The position numbers and the translations under genes are program-made. The notes under the pieces are model-generated. The model had not been told where the DNA came from. It did no database searches and worked only from the letters and a program-made list of their open reading frames with translations. From IMG/VR virus record IMGVR_UViG_3300025769_000102: 64,000 bases of DNA, one strand, 5' to 3'. This DNA is from an uncultured virus (IMG/VR IMGVR_UViG_3300025769_000102). Taxonomy: Duplodnaviria; Heunggongvirae; Uroviricota; Caudoviricetes. Shown here piece by piece: positions 46,352-57,075 of the stretch (its first letter is position 1; each line of letters starts with the position of its first letter).

Positions 46352-47119
46352 TTAAGAGAATTTTTTCTCTATACTTTTGTATACTAGCATACCCTCGTCA
46401 GTTTTAAACCAACTAGCTAATGCTGAGTATGGGTGTTCGTCAAATGGTACTTCCATTAACTTCTTGCCATTAACAGACCAAGCAAATGTCTTCTGGTCAG
46501 ACGATAACTTTATAATACCAGCTTCTGTTGCTTTAATCCCAAAGCTTCTAAGTTCAACATTTTCATCGTTTGCAAGACTAATAAATAATGCTGGATTGTT
46601 TTTAGCAAGTAGCATTAAGTCTCTTTTTAACTCTTTGCTTGTCATTTTAGACACAGCACTACCAAGCTCGGTTCTTAGTATTGCCTCTGCGTGGTCAACC
46701 TCTAATTGTAGTGCTAAATTTAAAGCTTCAATTTCAAGCTCAATATCCTCTAACTCGTTTACTGCTTCAGCAACTTGGTCTTGCTCTGCATACATCTTGT
46801 TTCTTAAAGGATGGTATAGAGACAAAAGTTTTTGTAAGTTTTGTTTTTCTTTAGGAACCATTAACACTCCATTTTTAAAAACAATATGAGCCAATGTTAC
46901 AGGCCCATTTTGTTCATCTACAAATGGGGATAGTTGATTTGTTGCGTACCTAAGTTCTCTTTCGTATCCTAGTTCTGGGTCAAAGTACATTAGTGGATGT
47001 CTTTGAGAGTGCTTAGATGCCAATGTTAAAGTTAAAGGCGATACGTTATTTTTTAGATAGTAAAGTCTATCTTTAATTTCCCACTTTGCAGTAGAATTTG
47101 TTTTTTCTTTTTTTGCCAT
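46352..47119 (-). CDS. Conserved protein downstream of major capsid gene
   Basis: RELRYATNQ.SPFVDEQ; long ORF in morphogenesis run. Confidence 0.7.
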   Translation of the reverse strand: MAKKEKTNSTAKWEIKDRLYYLKNNVSPLTLTLASKHSQRHPLMYFDPELGYERELRYATNQLSPFVDEQNGPVTLAHIVFKNGVLMVPKEKQNLQKLLSLYHPLRNKMYAEQDQVAEAVNELEDIELEIEALNLALQLEVDHAEAILRTELGSAVSKMTSKELKRDLMLLAKNNPALFISLANDENVELRSFGIKATEAGIIKLSSDQKTFAWSVNGKKLMEVPFDEHPYSALASWFKTDEGMLVYKSIEKKFS

Positions 47120-47162
47120 AATAAAATATAATATAATATAAAAAATAATAATAAGAGTAATA

Positions 47163-47191
47163 GTTACCCCCGTCTAAAAAACGAGGGTAAC
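47163..47191. terminator. Hairpin downstream of major capsid gene
   Basis: GTTACCCCCGT / ACGAGGGTAAC. Confidence 0.6.
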
Positions 47192-47211
47192 ATTACAATA
47201 AATGATTGCTG

Positions 47212-48711
47212 TTACGCAGTCTTTGTAAATAATACAAAGTTGTTAGCAGCTTGAGTAACTAAACATCTTTCAGATAAGAAGTTAACTCTCATTACATCTT
47301 CAGCAGAAGTATAAGCACCACCTACAGAACCAGTAATCCAAGACTTCATTCTTCTGTCGTCAGCTTCAGAAGCTCTGTATCTAACGTGCAAGAATGGTCG
47401 TCTGATGTTAGTTCCTAACATTTGGTCATACACTGTACTTGTTCCAGCAGGAACCATAACACCTTCTACGTTATCAATCAACCCACGAGTTGAAGCATCG
47501 TTTAAGTATTTCCAGTCAGTCTTATAGAAGTCGTAAGAACCTCTTCTAAATCCGCTAAATCCTAAGTTTAACGCCATTTCTTCAGAGTTCTCAAAAACAC
47601 CATAAGAAGTACCACCAGCACCATAAGAGTTCTGAGCAGCTAACATATCATCAAAATCAAGAGTTGTAGCTCTGTCTAAAAATAACATATTTTCCTCAAT
47701 AGCTCCTTGCTTGTCAAGGTTTTCAAGAATGTTGTCAAAGTCTTGCAAAGCACTTCTTTGTCCAGCTCCAGAAGTTCCAGTTCCATTAGCATAGTTTTGG
47801 TATACATTTCCTCTTGCAGTAATTGCAGCAAAAAGACCTTCAGTACCAGCACTAGAAACTCCAGCAGTTGACAAAGCAGCAGGAACAGCAGAAGTAGCAA
47901 CAGCTAACTCTCCTTCAACCATTGCCATTTCTAAGTAATCTTGAAAACGTAATCTTGTTTCCCCTTCAGACTTCAAGTACCACAAATATCCATTTGTTCC
48001 ATCTTCAGCAGCAACTTCAACCCATCCAATTTGTGCAGCATCAGAACCATTAATTTCGTAGTTATCCTTAATGATAATTGGCTTGTTGCTGTACTGTGTA
48101 AATGAAGCCTCTAAAGAACCATCCATCCCAAATTGACCTTTAGCAAACTCAGAACCATAAACAAATATGTTTATTGTGTCGTTTAATGCAAATCCAGCAG
48201 TGCCTAAATTAGAAGCAGTATAAGGTAATACTGTAAATTCTTTAGCATTGTCGCCATCAGGGTTTATTGCCGAAACATAACCTTTAATTGTAACTCCTAC
48301 TCCAGTTCCAGTAACACCTTCAATAACAACTGTGTTTCCTTTTCTAATTGCCATATTATGACCTGAACCTAAAGTAATTCTACCATCGGCAACAACTCCA
48401 ACTGTAACAGATTCAGCAGTATTAGCAGCTCCTGAAGTCTCGTATCCAATATGCAATCTATTTTGTTCAGACCATACAACTTGGTCAGAAGTCATTGGCA
48501 TTTCTGCACCAACCATTCTTAAGAATCCTGATAGAGTTCTGTTTCCGTATCTCTCTACCTCAGCTTCGTAAAGTTCTGGTAGGTATTGTTGTGCAAAGTT
48601 TCCACCTGTATCGCTAGTGAAATCAATGTAATTAGATGCCAATAAAGATTTAGTTGGCATTGGTTTTAGGTCAAATACACCTAAAGGGTCGTTAGTTCCA
48701 AATTGTCCCAT
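47212..48711 (-). CDS. Major capsid protein
   Basis: QQYLPELYE.EVERYGNR, W.EQNRLH, strongly biased codon use, position after portal and scaffold, downstream hairpin. Confidence 0.8.
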   Translation of the reverse strand: MGQFGTNDPLGVFDLKPMPTKSLLASNYIDFTSDTGGNFAQQYLPELYEAEVERYGNRTLSGFLRMVGAEMPMTSDQVVWSEQNRLHIGYETSGAANTAESVTVGVVADGRITLGSGHNMAIRKGNTVVIEGVTGTGVGVTIKGYVSAINPDGDNAKEFTVLPYTASNLGTAGFALNDTINIFVYGSEFAKGQFGMDGSLEASFTQYSNKPIIIKDNYEINGSDAAQIGWVEVAAEDGTNGYLWYLKSEGETRLRFQDYLEMAMVEGELAVATSAVPAALSTAGVSSAGTEGLFAAITARGNVYQNYANGTGTSGAGQRSALQDFDNILENLDKQGAIEENMLFLDRATTLDFDDMLAAQNSYGAGGTSYGVFENSEEMALNLGFSGFRRGSYDFYKTDWKYLNDASTRGLIDNVEGVMVPAGTSTVYDQMLGTNIRRPFLHVRYRASEADDRRMKSWITGSVGGAYTSAEDVMRVNFLSERCLVTQAANNFVLFTKTA

Positions 48712-48732
48712 TTTTTTTTTAATTTTTAAAGT

Positions 48733-49911
48733 TTATTTTTTTATTTTTAATTTTGAAGAGTCCACTCCGCTTATAGCCTTAATTCTAAGTCCATTTATAA
48801 ACACGCTATCACCAGAAGTTTGCCTTGGTTTGTCTGATAGATTCTTAGAACCATTCACAACCTCCTTAACAGCATCGGCTTTACCTTGCTCATAAAAGTG
48901 ACTTGCAATCTTGTCTACGTTAGACGCAGCATACATCGCTTTATGATAGCCTTTATGGTCTGAAACTTCTCCCTTGTCATTCAGGAACTTCCCGATTATG
49001 TTAGAAAGTTCAGATTGTTTTTCAGCAAGACTAGTTGGGTTATTAACGCCATACCTGAATTTTTTGTCACCAATATTAAAATCAAAACCTTTGAAATCGT
49101 TGTTGAACATTTCAGATGTAGCTTTTTTAAACCTGTCGTGCTTTTGGCTATTTAAGCTTTTCTCTTCGTTGTATCGGTTAAAGAATTCCATTGCTTTTTG
49201 TTGCTCTTGGGTTACGCCTGGTCTTAACTTAATCTCATCGTAATATTTACCCTTTAAGTCTTCTAAAAAGTTTTTGGCTTCTTGAACCTCTTCTTTGAAC
49301 GCAAGCTTTTTCTTGCGTATATCTCTTTCTTCATCTAAGTCTTCGTCATACGAAAATTTATCTTCTAAAAGGAAATTAATCTCGTCATCATCAAGATGCG
49401 GTTTGCTTTTTTTGTAATACTCTTTTAATAATGTGTTATTGTCTACTGTGCTGTAGTCAGCATTTAATCTAACATAATCTTCTACAGTACCACCTGTTTC
49501 TTCCATAAAAGAAACTAGCTTCTCAACATTTTCAGGTAGTGGCTTTCCAGTAATGTTTGAGTCTCTAACAGCCTCTGACATTTCTTTTGAAACACTCTGA
49601 ATCTCTTCTTCTTCTTCTTCTTTTATTTCTTGGATAGTAATAACCCCTTCATCTTGAATGGAGCCTTCCCCTGATGATACTTCTGTATCCACTTCTTGTA
49701 CAGTTTCGGTTGGTTTATCTGCAACCACTGTTGTTGTTTCTTGCTCTTTATTGGCATTGTCTTGGTTTAAGTTAACCTTAGTAGGTTCTTCTTCAACTTT
49801 TTTATCTGTAGATAAATTTACTTTAGAAACTTCAGGGGTTTTACCTAACTTTTTCATTTTAGGTTTACTCTTTATTTTAAAGTCACCTTCTTGTTTTACT
49901 TCTTCTGACAT
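48733..49911 (-). CDS. Putative scaffolding protein
   Basis: Acidic disordered N-terminus, helical C-terminus (HFYEQGKADA); lies between portal and capsid. Confidence 0.6.
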   Translation of the reverse strand: MSEEVKQEGDFKIKSKPKMKKLGKTPEVSKVNLSTDKKVEEEPTKVNLNQDNANKEQETTTVVADKPTETVQEVDTEVSSGEGSIQDEGVITIQEIKEEEEEEIQSVSKEMSEAVRDSNITGKPLPENVEKLVSFMEETGGTVEDYVRLNADYSTVDNNTLLKEYYKKSKPHLDDDEINFLLEDKFSYDEDLDEERDIRKKKLAFKEEVQEAKNFLEDLKGKYYDEIKLRPGVTQEQQKAMEFFNRYNEEKSLNSQKHDRFKKATSEMFNNDFKGFDFNIGDKKFRYGVNNPTSLAEKQSELSNIIGKFLNDKGEVSDHKGYHKAMYAASNVDKIASHFYEQGKADAVKEVVNGSKNLSDKPRQTSGDSVFINGLRIKAISGVDSSKLKIKK

Positions 49912-49943
49912 AATATAATATAATATAAATTAAAAAATTCTAT

Positions 49944-52349
49944 TTACTTTGGGTCAAATTGTCCTAAACCAATCCCCCCCATAACATCATTACCTAAACT
50001 TTCAAAGTTTTTCGGTAATAGGTTATTTTTTCTTTGGTCAATTAACTCAGATTGCTGAGTTCCTTGTATCTTTACTCTTTTATCTTTTCTATCTTCAATA
50101 TTTTGTTCCTTTGACAATTCAGCATTTGCTCTAATCTGAGCTAGTTGCATATTAAAGTTAAACTCTTCAGCCATAAGACCTCTTTTTATTTCGGCCTCTG
50201 CTTGCATTCTTTCTATTTCAAACTGAGATTTAGCTTGCTCAATACTAATTTTTTCTGCTGTTATTACTTGTTGCTTTTGAGTTTCAGCCATTGCAGCAGC
50301 TTCAGATGCTTGTGCGTTAGCTTGACTTTGAGCTTGTATATTTGCTTGCTGTGCTTGTTGTGCTTGTTGAATTTTCTTTTTTGTTCTATCCTTAAGCATT
50401 TCATTTGCAAGTTGAAGATTTTTTATTCTCCTTATATCAATAGCATCTTCAAGATTTATTCCTCCAGATTGCAAAGAAATTTGTATGTTTTGTTCTAACT
50501 GTGCTTTTTCTTCATCATCAGGCTCTAACTCAAAAAATATTCCAAAGTCGTGTAAATTTAAATTAGCTACTTCTTTTAATGTTTCCACATTAAAATTAGT
50601 AATACTATTTATAAGAGAGTTAGATGTTAATGCAAACTGCAATGAATCAGCAATTCTCATAGATATATTTTCACAAGCTCTAAGAGTTAAATAACAACTT
50701 GCTTGTAATATGTGTCTAGTTGCTACATTAGATTGATTAGCGGCCATTTTTTGAAGCCCTACAAGTGCATCCTTAGATGGAGCAGAACCATCTCTTGCCT
50801 CGTTCAATCCTGTAACGTCTCTTATCATTTGTAAGTAGTACTGATACGTTTGGATTAATGACTGTATCTTAGCTCCACCACTTGAGCTTGTAAGCTCTTG
50901 GATTGGAACCTTACCTCTATTCATTTCTCCATCTTGTGTCATTGACCTACCTAATACACTACCTGTTTGAAAGTACATATTAAGAGCTTCTGCTGGATTG
51001 TAGCTAGTTCCGTTTCCTAAGTCAACCTCTGCCAACCCGTCCACATCTAAGAATACTCCATCAGGAACCATCTTTGTCATAACTTGCTGTAGTTTCAAGT
51101 GTGTTATTTGAATCATATCAGCAAATCCTGTAATCTTACTTACAACAGATTCAATCCTTCCATTATACATTCTTGGTGCACACAGAACATAGTTCATTTC
51201 TACCTTAGTAGTATCTGCGTATGGTCTTGTCATATTTTCAGACAGTTCCCACTTCAACATTGTATTTGTTCCAAGAATTTTAGCACCACTGTAAAGAACC
51301 TCTATACTCCTTGATACTTTTTTAAATGTATCATTTTCAGGTGGGTTAAAGTCATCTGATTTTTGTATAACTTTTTCTAACCCGTTTGGTCCTGTCTTTA
51401 TTTTAAATACTTGGTTGTTGTAAGTCTTGTACTCAAAGTATAAAACTTGCACTGTATTTTCGTCATACCCTTTCCACCCAGTCAAGTACTCTCTATTGCC
51501 TGGCATATCTTCAATTCTTTTTAATTCCTCTTGAGGTATATTTGGAAATTGTTTTTTAAGTTCTGGTATTGTAACAGCTTTAACTTCTCCAATATAATAT
51601 ATATCTTCAAAGTTAGGGTCTTCAGTGTATGAATAAACTAAATTTGCAGGGTCGCAGTACTCTACCTTTACCCCATTAGCTTTATTCCAATTTGTTTTGA
51701 CAGCACCTATACCAAGAATGGTTAGGTCGTAATTAAATCTTTTTCTTATTTCATCAAACTTGTTTTTTGCAAGCACTTGATTTATGACTTCTTCTTCCGC
51801 TATCTCTATTGATTGTTTATAGTCTAATTGCATATGAAGAGATAACTCTTCTTTAGATTGAGGTAATTCTTCTGGATTGCTGGTATTGAAGGCATCTATA
51901 CCTAAATTTTCTTTAAGTTTTAATAGTTGCTCTTTTGCCGCCATATCTTGCATTAAAGCAGAAGCGTAGTCAGTTCTTTTCTTTGCTGATTCGGGGTCTT
52001 GTGCATAAGCACTAATTTCATATTTTTTTTCTGTTATTCCGTTTGCAACTATATCTACAAACTTTGAAATTACAGGTACTGGTTTCCAGTCTAAGTTTAG
52101 ATAAGAAAGGTCTCCATTTATAGCAAGTTCATCTTTATATTTTTGCACAGGTTGCTCACCTCTAGCGTATAATCTTAAACTATGAAAGTGATTATAATTT
52201 GTAGCAAATCTATTTCCATACCCTCCTTGATTAAACCACTCAGACTCTATAGCTTGAGCAACTTGCCTTCCATATTCTGGACTATCTTTCTCAGCGTTAG
52301 TAACAACCTGGCTAGGAAATACGCTATTTGGATTTGCAACTACATTCAT
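49944..52349 (-). CDS. Portal protein
   Basis: 801 aa after terminase; LRLYARGEQ, PVISKFVDIV, IRDVTGLNEARDG, Gln-rich C-terminal coiled coil. Confidence 0.8.
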   Translation of the reverse strand: MNVVANPNSVFPSQVVTNAEKDSPEYGRQVAQAIESEWFNQGGYGNRFATNYNHFHSLRLYARGEQPVQKYKDELAINGDLSYLNLDWKPVPVISKFVDIVANGITEKKYEISAYAQDPESAKKRTDYASALMQDMAAKEQLLKLKENLGIDAFNTSNPEELPQSKEELSLHMQLDYKQSIEIAEEEVINQVLAKNKFDEIRKRFNYDLTILGIGAVKTNWNKANGVKVEYCDPANLVYSYTEDPNFEDIYYIGEVKAVTIPELKKQFPNIPQEELKRIEDMPGNREYLTGWKGYDENTVQVLYFEYKTYNNQVFKIKTGPNGLEKVIQKSDDFNPPENDTFKKVSRSIEVLYSGAKILGTNTMLKWELSENMTRPYADTTKVEMNYVLCAPRMYNGRIESVVSKITGFADMIQITHLKLQQVMTKMVPDGVFLDVDGLAEVDLGNGTSYNPAEALNMYFQTGSVLGRSMTQDGEMNRGKVPIQELTSSSGGAKIQSLIQTYQYYLQMIRDVTGLNEARDGSAPSKDALVGLQKMAANQSNVATRHILQASCYLTLRACENISMRIADSLQFALTSNSLINSITNFNVETLKEVANLNLHDFGIFFELEPDDEEKAQLEQNIQISLQSGGINLEDAIDIRRIKNLQLANEMLKDRTKKKIQQAQQAQQANIQAQSQANAQASEAAAMAETQKQQVITAEKISIEQAKSQFEIERMQAEAEIKRGLMAEEFNFNMQLAQIRANAELSKEQNIEDRKDKRVKIQGTQQSELIDQRKNNLLPKNFESLGNDVMGGIGLGQFDPK

Positions 52350-54563
52350 TTAGTTTCTTATTTTTGAATAACTTCCAGAGTTGTCATATTTTTTAAACCC
52401 TAGACTTATGTTTTTTCTTACTACTTTATTTACTGGTGCGTAACGATTTCTGTTACAAGCCATAATGGCTAATCCTGAACTTATAGAAGCATCGTGAGAT
52501 GTCCTGTTGTTTATATTAAACCTTGCCCAATCTTCTAATGTTCTTTGAAAATAAACATCTCCCATCTCATCATCTCCTAAAATTCCTACAAGTTCCTCAA
52601 TATATGTTTCTATTGCAGCAGCGTGAGCTTGCTTTATATCTTCACTAGAGTTAGGTAATCCCCCAATTTCTCTTTCTGTTACTGATAGTCTTGTATACTT
52701 TTTATCAGGTCTATTCATTGAGTATCCTCTATACCCTCTGTTCTTAAAGTGATACAATAACCTTGGTTTGTTATTTTCTGCTAGTATTGGCATACCGTAA
52801 AATACACAAGCCATTAATACATCCTCAAAAAATATCTCTGCTGTTTGAGGTCTTGCAATGTACTCTAAAAAGAAGTGGTTACTTGGAGCATCTTCCATAC
52901 TAAACTTAGTTAGTCCGTGAAGAGAACCATTAGAACCTCTCTTATCTACTGTTCCCGATATGTCATATGGGTCACATCCAAAAGCTCCTAAATGCTCATT
53001 ACCTGGGTAATTTGTTCCACCTTTAGAGATAACTCTGTTTTGTAAAGATACAGGAGGAATCCAAGTTATATAAAACCTACCCTTTGGGTTTGGCATAAAC
53101 ATTACTCTTGTATCTTGAATCCCATTCTCCCATTGAAAGTTTCCTCTAGTTATTAATGAACTAGACTTCATCCCTTCGTTGTGGTCTATCTGTTGATATA
53201 TCTTTTCCAAATTAAATATAGACTCCTTTGCTTCATCTCTAAATGCGTGCTGTTCCGTTCTAGGGAACTGTCTATAAAATTCATTTAATCCATCTTGGTC
53301 GTTTTTAAGACCTTCTACTTCATTCTCCCAATAATCTATTACCCCTTTACTAATTAAATTTCCGTATGTGTCTTTAATTGGTTTCTCTGGCTTATCGAAT
53401 ACAGGTAATCCATAAGAATCAATGTATCCCTCGTAGTTCCATTCCATAGGTATGAACAAAGAATATAGTCCTGAAGCAGTCTGTCCATTGCTATTTCTGT
53501 TCGTAACGTCTGATGCATAGTATAACTTTTTAAAATTATCTCCTCCCTTATCTAAAGCATTTGATGTTGAACCCATCATACACTTACCTATTATCCTGCT
53601 ACCTAACCTAAGACAAGTTTTTGTTACCCTCCAGTTATTAAGTATGTTGTTAGGTTTCTCCCACTTACCAGACTCATCGTGTACAAGTAACTTTAATTTT
53701 TCTCCATCATAGGAGTTGTCGCCTGTATTCTTCCAATCAATAGTAGTATCCAACCCTTTGATATCTTCTTGCTTTTCGTTAGAATCAAGTTTCCTCCTCG
53801 TAAATTTCGATGCTGGTACTCTATATGCAAGTTCAGTCTTGGGTCTGTCCATTCCATCTTGTATAGGTTTAAAGAAGAATGGGTAGTTGACTGAGATTGG
53901 TACAACTTTGTCGGTAAACATCTTTTTTGCATCAGGTCCTGACTTTGATAGTATCCCATATCTTGAGTCAACTGATATTGTGGCAAGGTTAACTGTTTCT
54001 CCCGAAGACATAAAGGAGAATCCACTCCGTCTATTTTTAAGGTAGCACATTCCAAAGCACCTTGTGTCAGCTTTGCAGGCTTCCCAAAATATGTAGAACA
54101 ATCTATTTGATTCTCTAAAGTCGGGGTGTCCAACGTCAATCTTTGACCATTGCAAGTACATATAATGAGAGCCAGTAATATAAGTAGGCTCACCCTTATT
54201 ATTAAACCAAAATCCGTTTTCCCTTCTTTCAAATTCTTTTTCAATGTAATCGTACCATTTTTCTTTAAATTCTTCTGGATACTCTTCCCAGTCAAATATT
54301 GTTTTTATTCTACTAAGTTCTTTTGGATACTCAATATTAGACCACTTATTTCCTGGTAGTTTTTTAACATCAAACTCTTTTGGTAGTGCAATTTTTAAGT
54401 TTTGTATCTCGTAAATCTCACCTATTTGACCTGTCTTACTTATTACAACAACATCAAAATCTTCATTGTATCCGTACTTCCAAGACTTAGATATATTCTT
54501 TTTATTTAGTGTTGATGGTTTTATGTGGTTGTCTAGTACTCTGTATAAACTTTGCTCGTACAT
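52350..54563 (-). CDS. terL: Terminase large subunit
   Basis: Walker A KNRRSGFS, Walker B LLVHDESGK, GST, nuclease GCDPYD, ENN, HD. Confidence 0.9.
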   Translation of the reverse strand: MYEQSLYRVLDNHIKPSTLNKKNISKSWKYGYNEDFDVVVISKTGQIGEIYEIQNLKIALPKEFDVKKLPGNKWSNIEYPKELSRIKTIFDWEEYPEEFKEKWYDYIEKEFERRENGFWFNNKGEPTYITGSHYMYLQWSKIDVGHPDFRESNRLFYIFWEACKADTRCFGMCYLKNRRSGFSFMSSGETVNLATISVDSRYGILSKSGPDAKKMFTDKVVPISVNYPFFFKPIQDGMDRPKTELAYRVPASKFTRRKLDSNEKQEDIKGLDTTIDWKNTGDNSYDGEKLKLLVHDESGKWEKPNNILNNWRVTKTCLRLGSRIIGKCMMGSTSNALDKGGDNFKKLYYASDVTNRNSNGQTASGLYSLFIPMEWNYEGYIDSYGLPVFDKPEKPIKDTYGNLISKGVIDYWENEVEGLKNDQDGLNEFYRQFPRTEQHAFRDEAKESIFNLEKIYQQIDHNEGMKSSSLITRGNFQWENGIQDTRVMFMPNPKGRFYITWIPPVSLQNRVISKGGTNYPGNEHLGAFGCDPYDISGTVDKRGSNGSLHGLTKFSMEDAPSNHFFLEYIARPQTAEIFFEDVLMACVFYGMPILAENNKPRLLYHFKNRGYRGYSMNRPDKKYTRLSVTEREIGGLPNSSEDIKQAHAAAIETYIEELVGILGDDEMGDVYFQRTLEDWARFNINNRTSHDASISSGLAIMACNRNRYAPVNKVVRKNISLGFKKYDNSGSYSKIRN

Positions 54564-54564
54564 A

Positions 54565-54855
54565 TTACTTAGTATTAGCTCTTCCCTCAGCAAACCCTCT
54601 AAACTCTTTCTTTTTAGTTTCTTCTTTAGGTTTTTCGTTTAGTATATCTTCTTCATTTTGTATACGTTGAAGTATTTCAAATGCATCAAATATTGCAAGT
54701 TTTTTAGTTGCTGCTGCATTCTTTAATCTATCCGCTGTTATGTCATCCCCTGAGTCTATGATAGCTTCTTCAGCAACTTTAATAAGTTCAAGAACTGCTT
54801 TTTGCCCAGCTAGGATTATACTCTCTTTCATCTCCTTTACGTTCATAGCTTCCAA
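54565..54855 (-). CDS. Small helical protein upstream of terL (terminase small subunit candidate)
   Basis: Position; ADRLKNAAATKKLAIFDAFEIL. Confidence 0.5.
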   Translation of the reverse strand: MEAMNVKEMKESIILAGQKAVLELIKVAEEAIIDSGDDITADRLKNAAATKKLAIFDAFEILQRIQNEEDILNEKPKEETKKKEFRGFAEGRANTK

Positions 54856-55387
54856 CGATATTAATAAATTTCATACAATATAATAATTCCCCATCTATAA
54901 TAAACTCAAACTCAGATTCAGGTCTAAATGAAACAAGGTCTCCCTCATTTATACCTAAGTTTGTTAGTCCTTTGTTGCCATACTTTAAAATACCTATAAG
55001 TGGTTTTTCTTTTGTTAAAGAAAATATACTATCACTTTGTATTGGCTTTACGAAACAATAATTAAGATGAGTCTTATTTTTTCCATACATATATATTTGC
55101 TCAGGTGAACAAGCATACATATCTTCTTTAATGAAGCTTCTACTATTTTTTTCGTTCCCTCTAATGTCATAGAATCTTCTAAATACGTTATGGTGTACTA
55201 CTACTTTATCTCCAACTTTAATGTCAGTTTTTATAGATAAAGGCAAAGCGACAACTTCTGCCACCTTGCTTACACTTTTAAATTCCTCAATTCTTGTATT
55301 TATAATGAGGTCAACATCGTCAACCTTAACAGTATTATTGTATCGACCCTCTATGGGTTTTACGATAAAATCGTGAATACTTTTCAT
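54788..55387 (-). CDS. Tandem GroES-like domain protein
   Basis: Two repeats of FIVKP/FVKP ... IKVGDKV/INEGDLV. Confidence 0.6.
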   Translation of the reverse strand: MKSIHDFIVKPIEGRYNNTVKVDDVDLIINTRIEEFKSVSKVAEVVALPLSIKTDIKVGDKVVVHHNVFRRFYDIRGNEKNSRSFIKEDMYACSPEQIYMYGKNKTHLNYCFVKPIQSDSIFSLTKEKPLIGILKYGNKGLTNLGINEGDLVSFRPESEFEFIIDGELLYCMKFINIVGSYERKGDEREYNPSWAKSSS

Positions 55388-55614
55388 TAATACTGCAAGT
55401 CATATTCAACAGATATTGCCATATTAGAATTAAACTTTTTCCAAGGCAATGTTTCTTTTTCTTTTTGAATATAGATGTTATAAGAGTTATCTTTCTCATT
55501 GAAAAGAATATCAGATATTTCGTGACCACCATACACCTGCTGTCCAACAGAGTAGTGCATAGCGTCATTTTTGTAATCAGACCCTATGCTGATTTTTCTT
55601 ATAACATTACTCAT
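55387..55614 (-). CDS. Hypothetical protein
   Basis: Translationally coupled ORF; IRKISIGSDYK..AMHY.VGQ. Confidence 0.7.
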   Translation of the reverse strand: MSNVIRKISIGSDYKNDAMHYSVGQQVYGGHEISDILFNEKDNSYNIYIQKEKETLPWKKFNSNMAISVEYDLQY

Positions 55615-55853
55615 TATTCCTTAATTGTATCTTCAACCTCGGAGTAACTTCCATCGTCAAGATTAATATTTACACGACCATACTTTTCTTCAAGTTTGGT
55701 TTTTGTTTCTTCGACTTCTTGATTTACATCAAGCATTACGACCATAACCTCGTGCTTCCTAAGCTCTAGTGTTCCGATGTCTTGTTTAATTTGAGCAATT
55801 TTTGTTTGTTGCTCTCTGATAAGCTCTAGCTCTTCATCTGTAATTCTATTCAT
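55614..55853 (-). CDS. Hypothetical coiled-coil protein
   Basis: Helical hairpin ending LEEKYG.VNINLDDG. Confidence 0.7.
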   Translation of the reverse strand: MNRITDEELELIREQQTKIAQIKQDIGTLELRKHEVMVVMLDVNQEVEETKTKLEEKYGRVNINLDDGSYSEVEDTIKE

Positions 55854-55901
55854 ATTAAATTAAATTTGATTCTTACTCTTTTTATAATTACTTATTTTTT
55901 A

Positions 55902-56345
55902 TTATTTTTCTGCTGATGTCCCATAATAGTAGGCAAATATGTTTGAAATTACCACACCTTCAACCATACCCATTAAATGTACAAAGAGTTCGTTATGTAA
56001 AACTCCTTCCTCGTAAACTACTGCGTATATGATAAATAAGAAAGAAGCTAACCCAACGATACCTGTAAGCATCATCATAGTATCTTTCCCACCTGCCTTT
56101 TTAACTTCAACCTCTCTATTTCTAGCAGATTCTCTATCCTTTACTTCTAACTCATACATTTCTTTAGTTTGAGCTAAAGCTTCTTTTTTGTCTTCTGGGC
56201 TAATCTTTTCGTCTTTCTCTACAAGGTTTTTAACAATGCCTAAAACACCTGCGTCTGGTAATAAGTCTCCAGCTATATCTAATATATGTGGAGCAGTCTT
56301 ACCTAAAAACTTACCTAACTTTGTATCTTTAAATTTCTTAGACAT
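55902..56345 (-). CDS. Holin-like membrane protein
   Basis: DRESAR.RE followed by two TM helices ending YYYGTS. Confidence 0.7.
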   Translation of the reverse strand: MSKKFKDTKLGKFLGKTAPHILDIAGDLLPDAGVLGIVKNLVEKDEKISPEDKKEALAQTKEMYELEVKDRESARNREVEVKKAGGKDTMMMLTGIVGLASFLFIIYAVVYEEGVLHNELFVHLMGMVEGVVISNIFAYYYGTSAEK

Positions 56346-56688
56346 TGTATTTTTTATCTTTATATTTAGTTTTAGATTTCTTATAAGCCTCTGCTTCCCA
56401 AGGAGAATTAGATGGACTTGCCATAGCTATCTTAGGATTATTCTTTGAGTACTTCTTACCCTTCCAATAAATGTTCTTATCATCATAATCTAAGTCACCT
56501 CGTGACATTTGATTTATGTGGACTTTTTCGTGCCTAATAACCTCATCGTGAAACTTAGGGTCTAGCTTCTCATTTATTATGATAGTGCCGTTGTTATTAC
56601 TTTGCCCAAGAACACCTTCCCCCAAGTCTGCTTGATAGACTGGAGTCGGTTCGTTCTTATATGGTGGGTTAGATAGCTTAAACGCCAT
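56338..56688 (-). CDS. Small zincin-like protein
   Basis: VIRHEKVH.NQ ... PWEAEAY. Confidence 0.7.
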   Translation of the reverse strand: MAFKLSNPPYKNEPTPVYQADLGEGVLGQSNNNGTIIINEKLDPKFHDEVIRHEKVHINQMSRGDLDYDDKNIYWKGKKYSKNNPKIAMASPSNSPWEAEAYKKSKTKYKDKKYNV

Positions 56689-57056
56689 TATCTTTTCATA
56701 TGTTTACCTACTTGGCTTCCACACATTTTTAGTTCACTACCTTTCATCATTGGCTTGTCATAAGAACCCATAGAGGTTCCTGCCATATTAATGTTTGAAG
56801 GGAAAAAGTCATTAAAAGTTTTTGGAGGATTTTCTTGTGCCTTTTTACTTTTGATAACTTGTTCTTTAAAATTTTGCTCTGCCTTATTTTTTATTTTTGA
56901 CGAATCCCCTATTGTGTTGTCTTGCGTAACCGTGCCGTTTAATAAAATTGACCGATTAATTTGATGTCTTGGATATTCCGCAGCTTTAGATGCACTTCGA
57001 ACTTTATTTCTAAAGCCTGGTTTTAGTTGAACTTTATTTTTTGTTTTTTGTTCCAT
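56688..57056 (-). CDS. Hypothetical protein
   Basis: Coupled ORF. Confidence 0.5.
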   Translation of the reverse strand: MEQKTKNKVQLKPGFRNKVRSASKAAEYPRHQINRSILLNGTVTQDNTIGDSSKIKNKAEQNFKEQVIKSKKAQENPPKTFNDFFPSNINMAGTSMGSYDKPMMKGSELKMCGSQVGKHMKR

Positions 57057-57075
57057 TTCTATATATGTTTATTGT

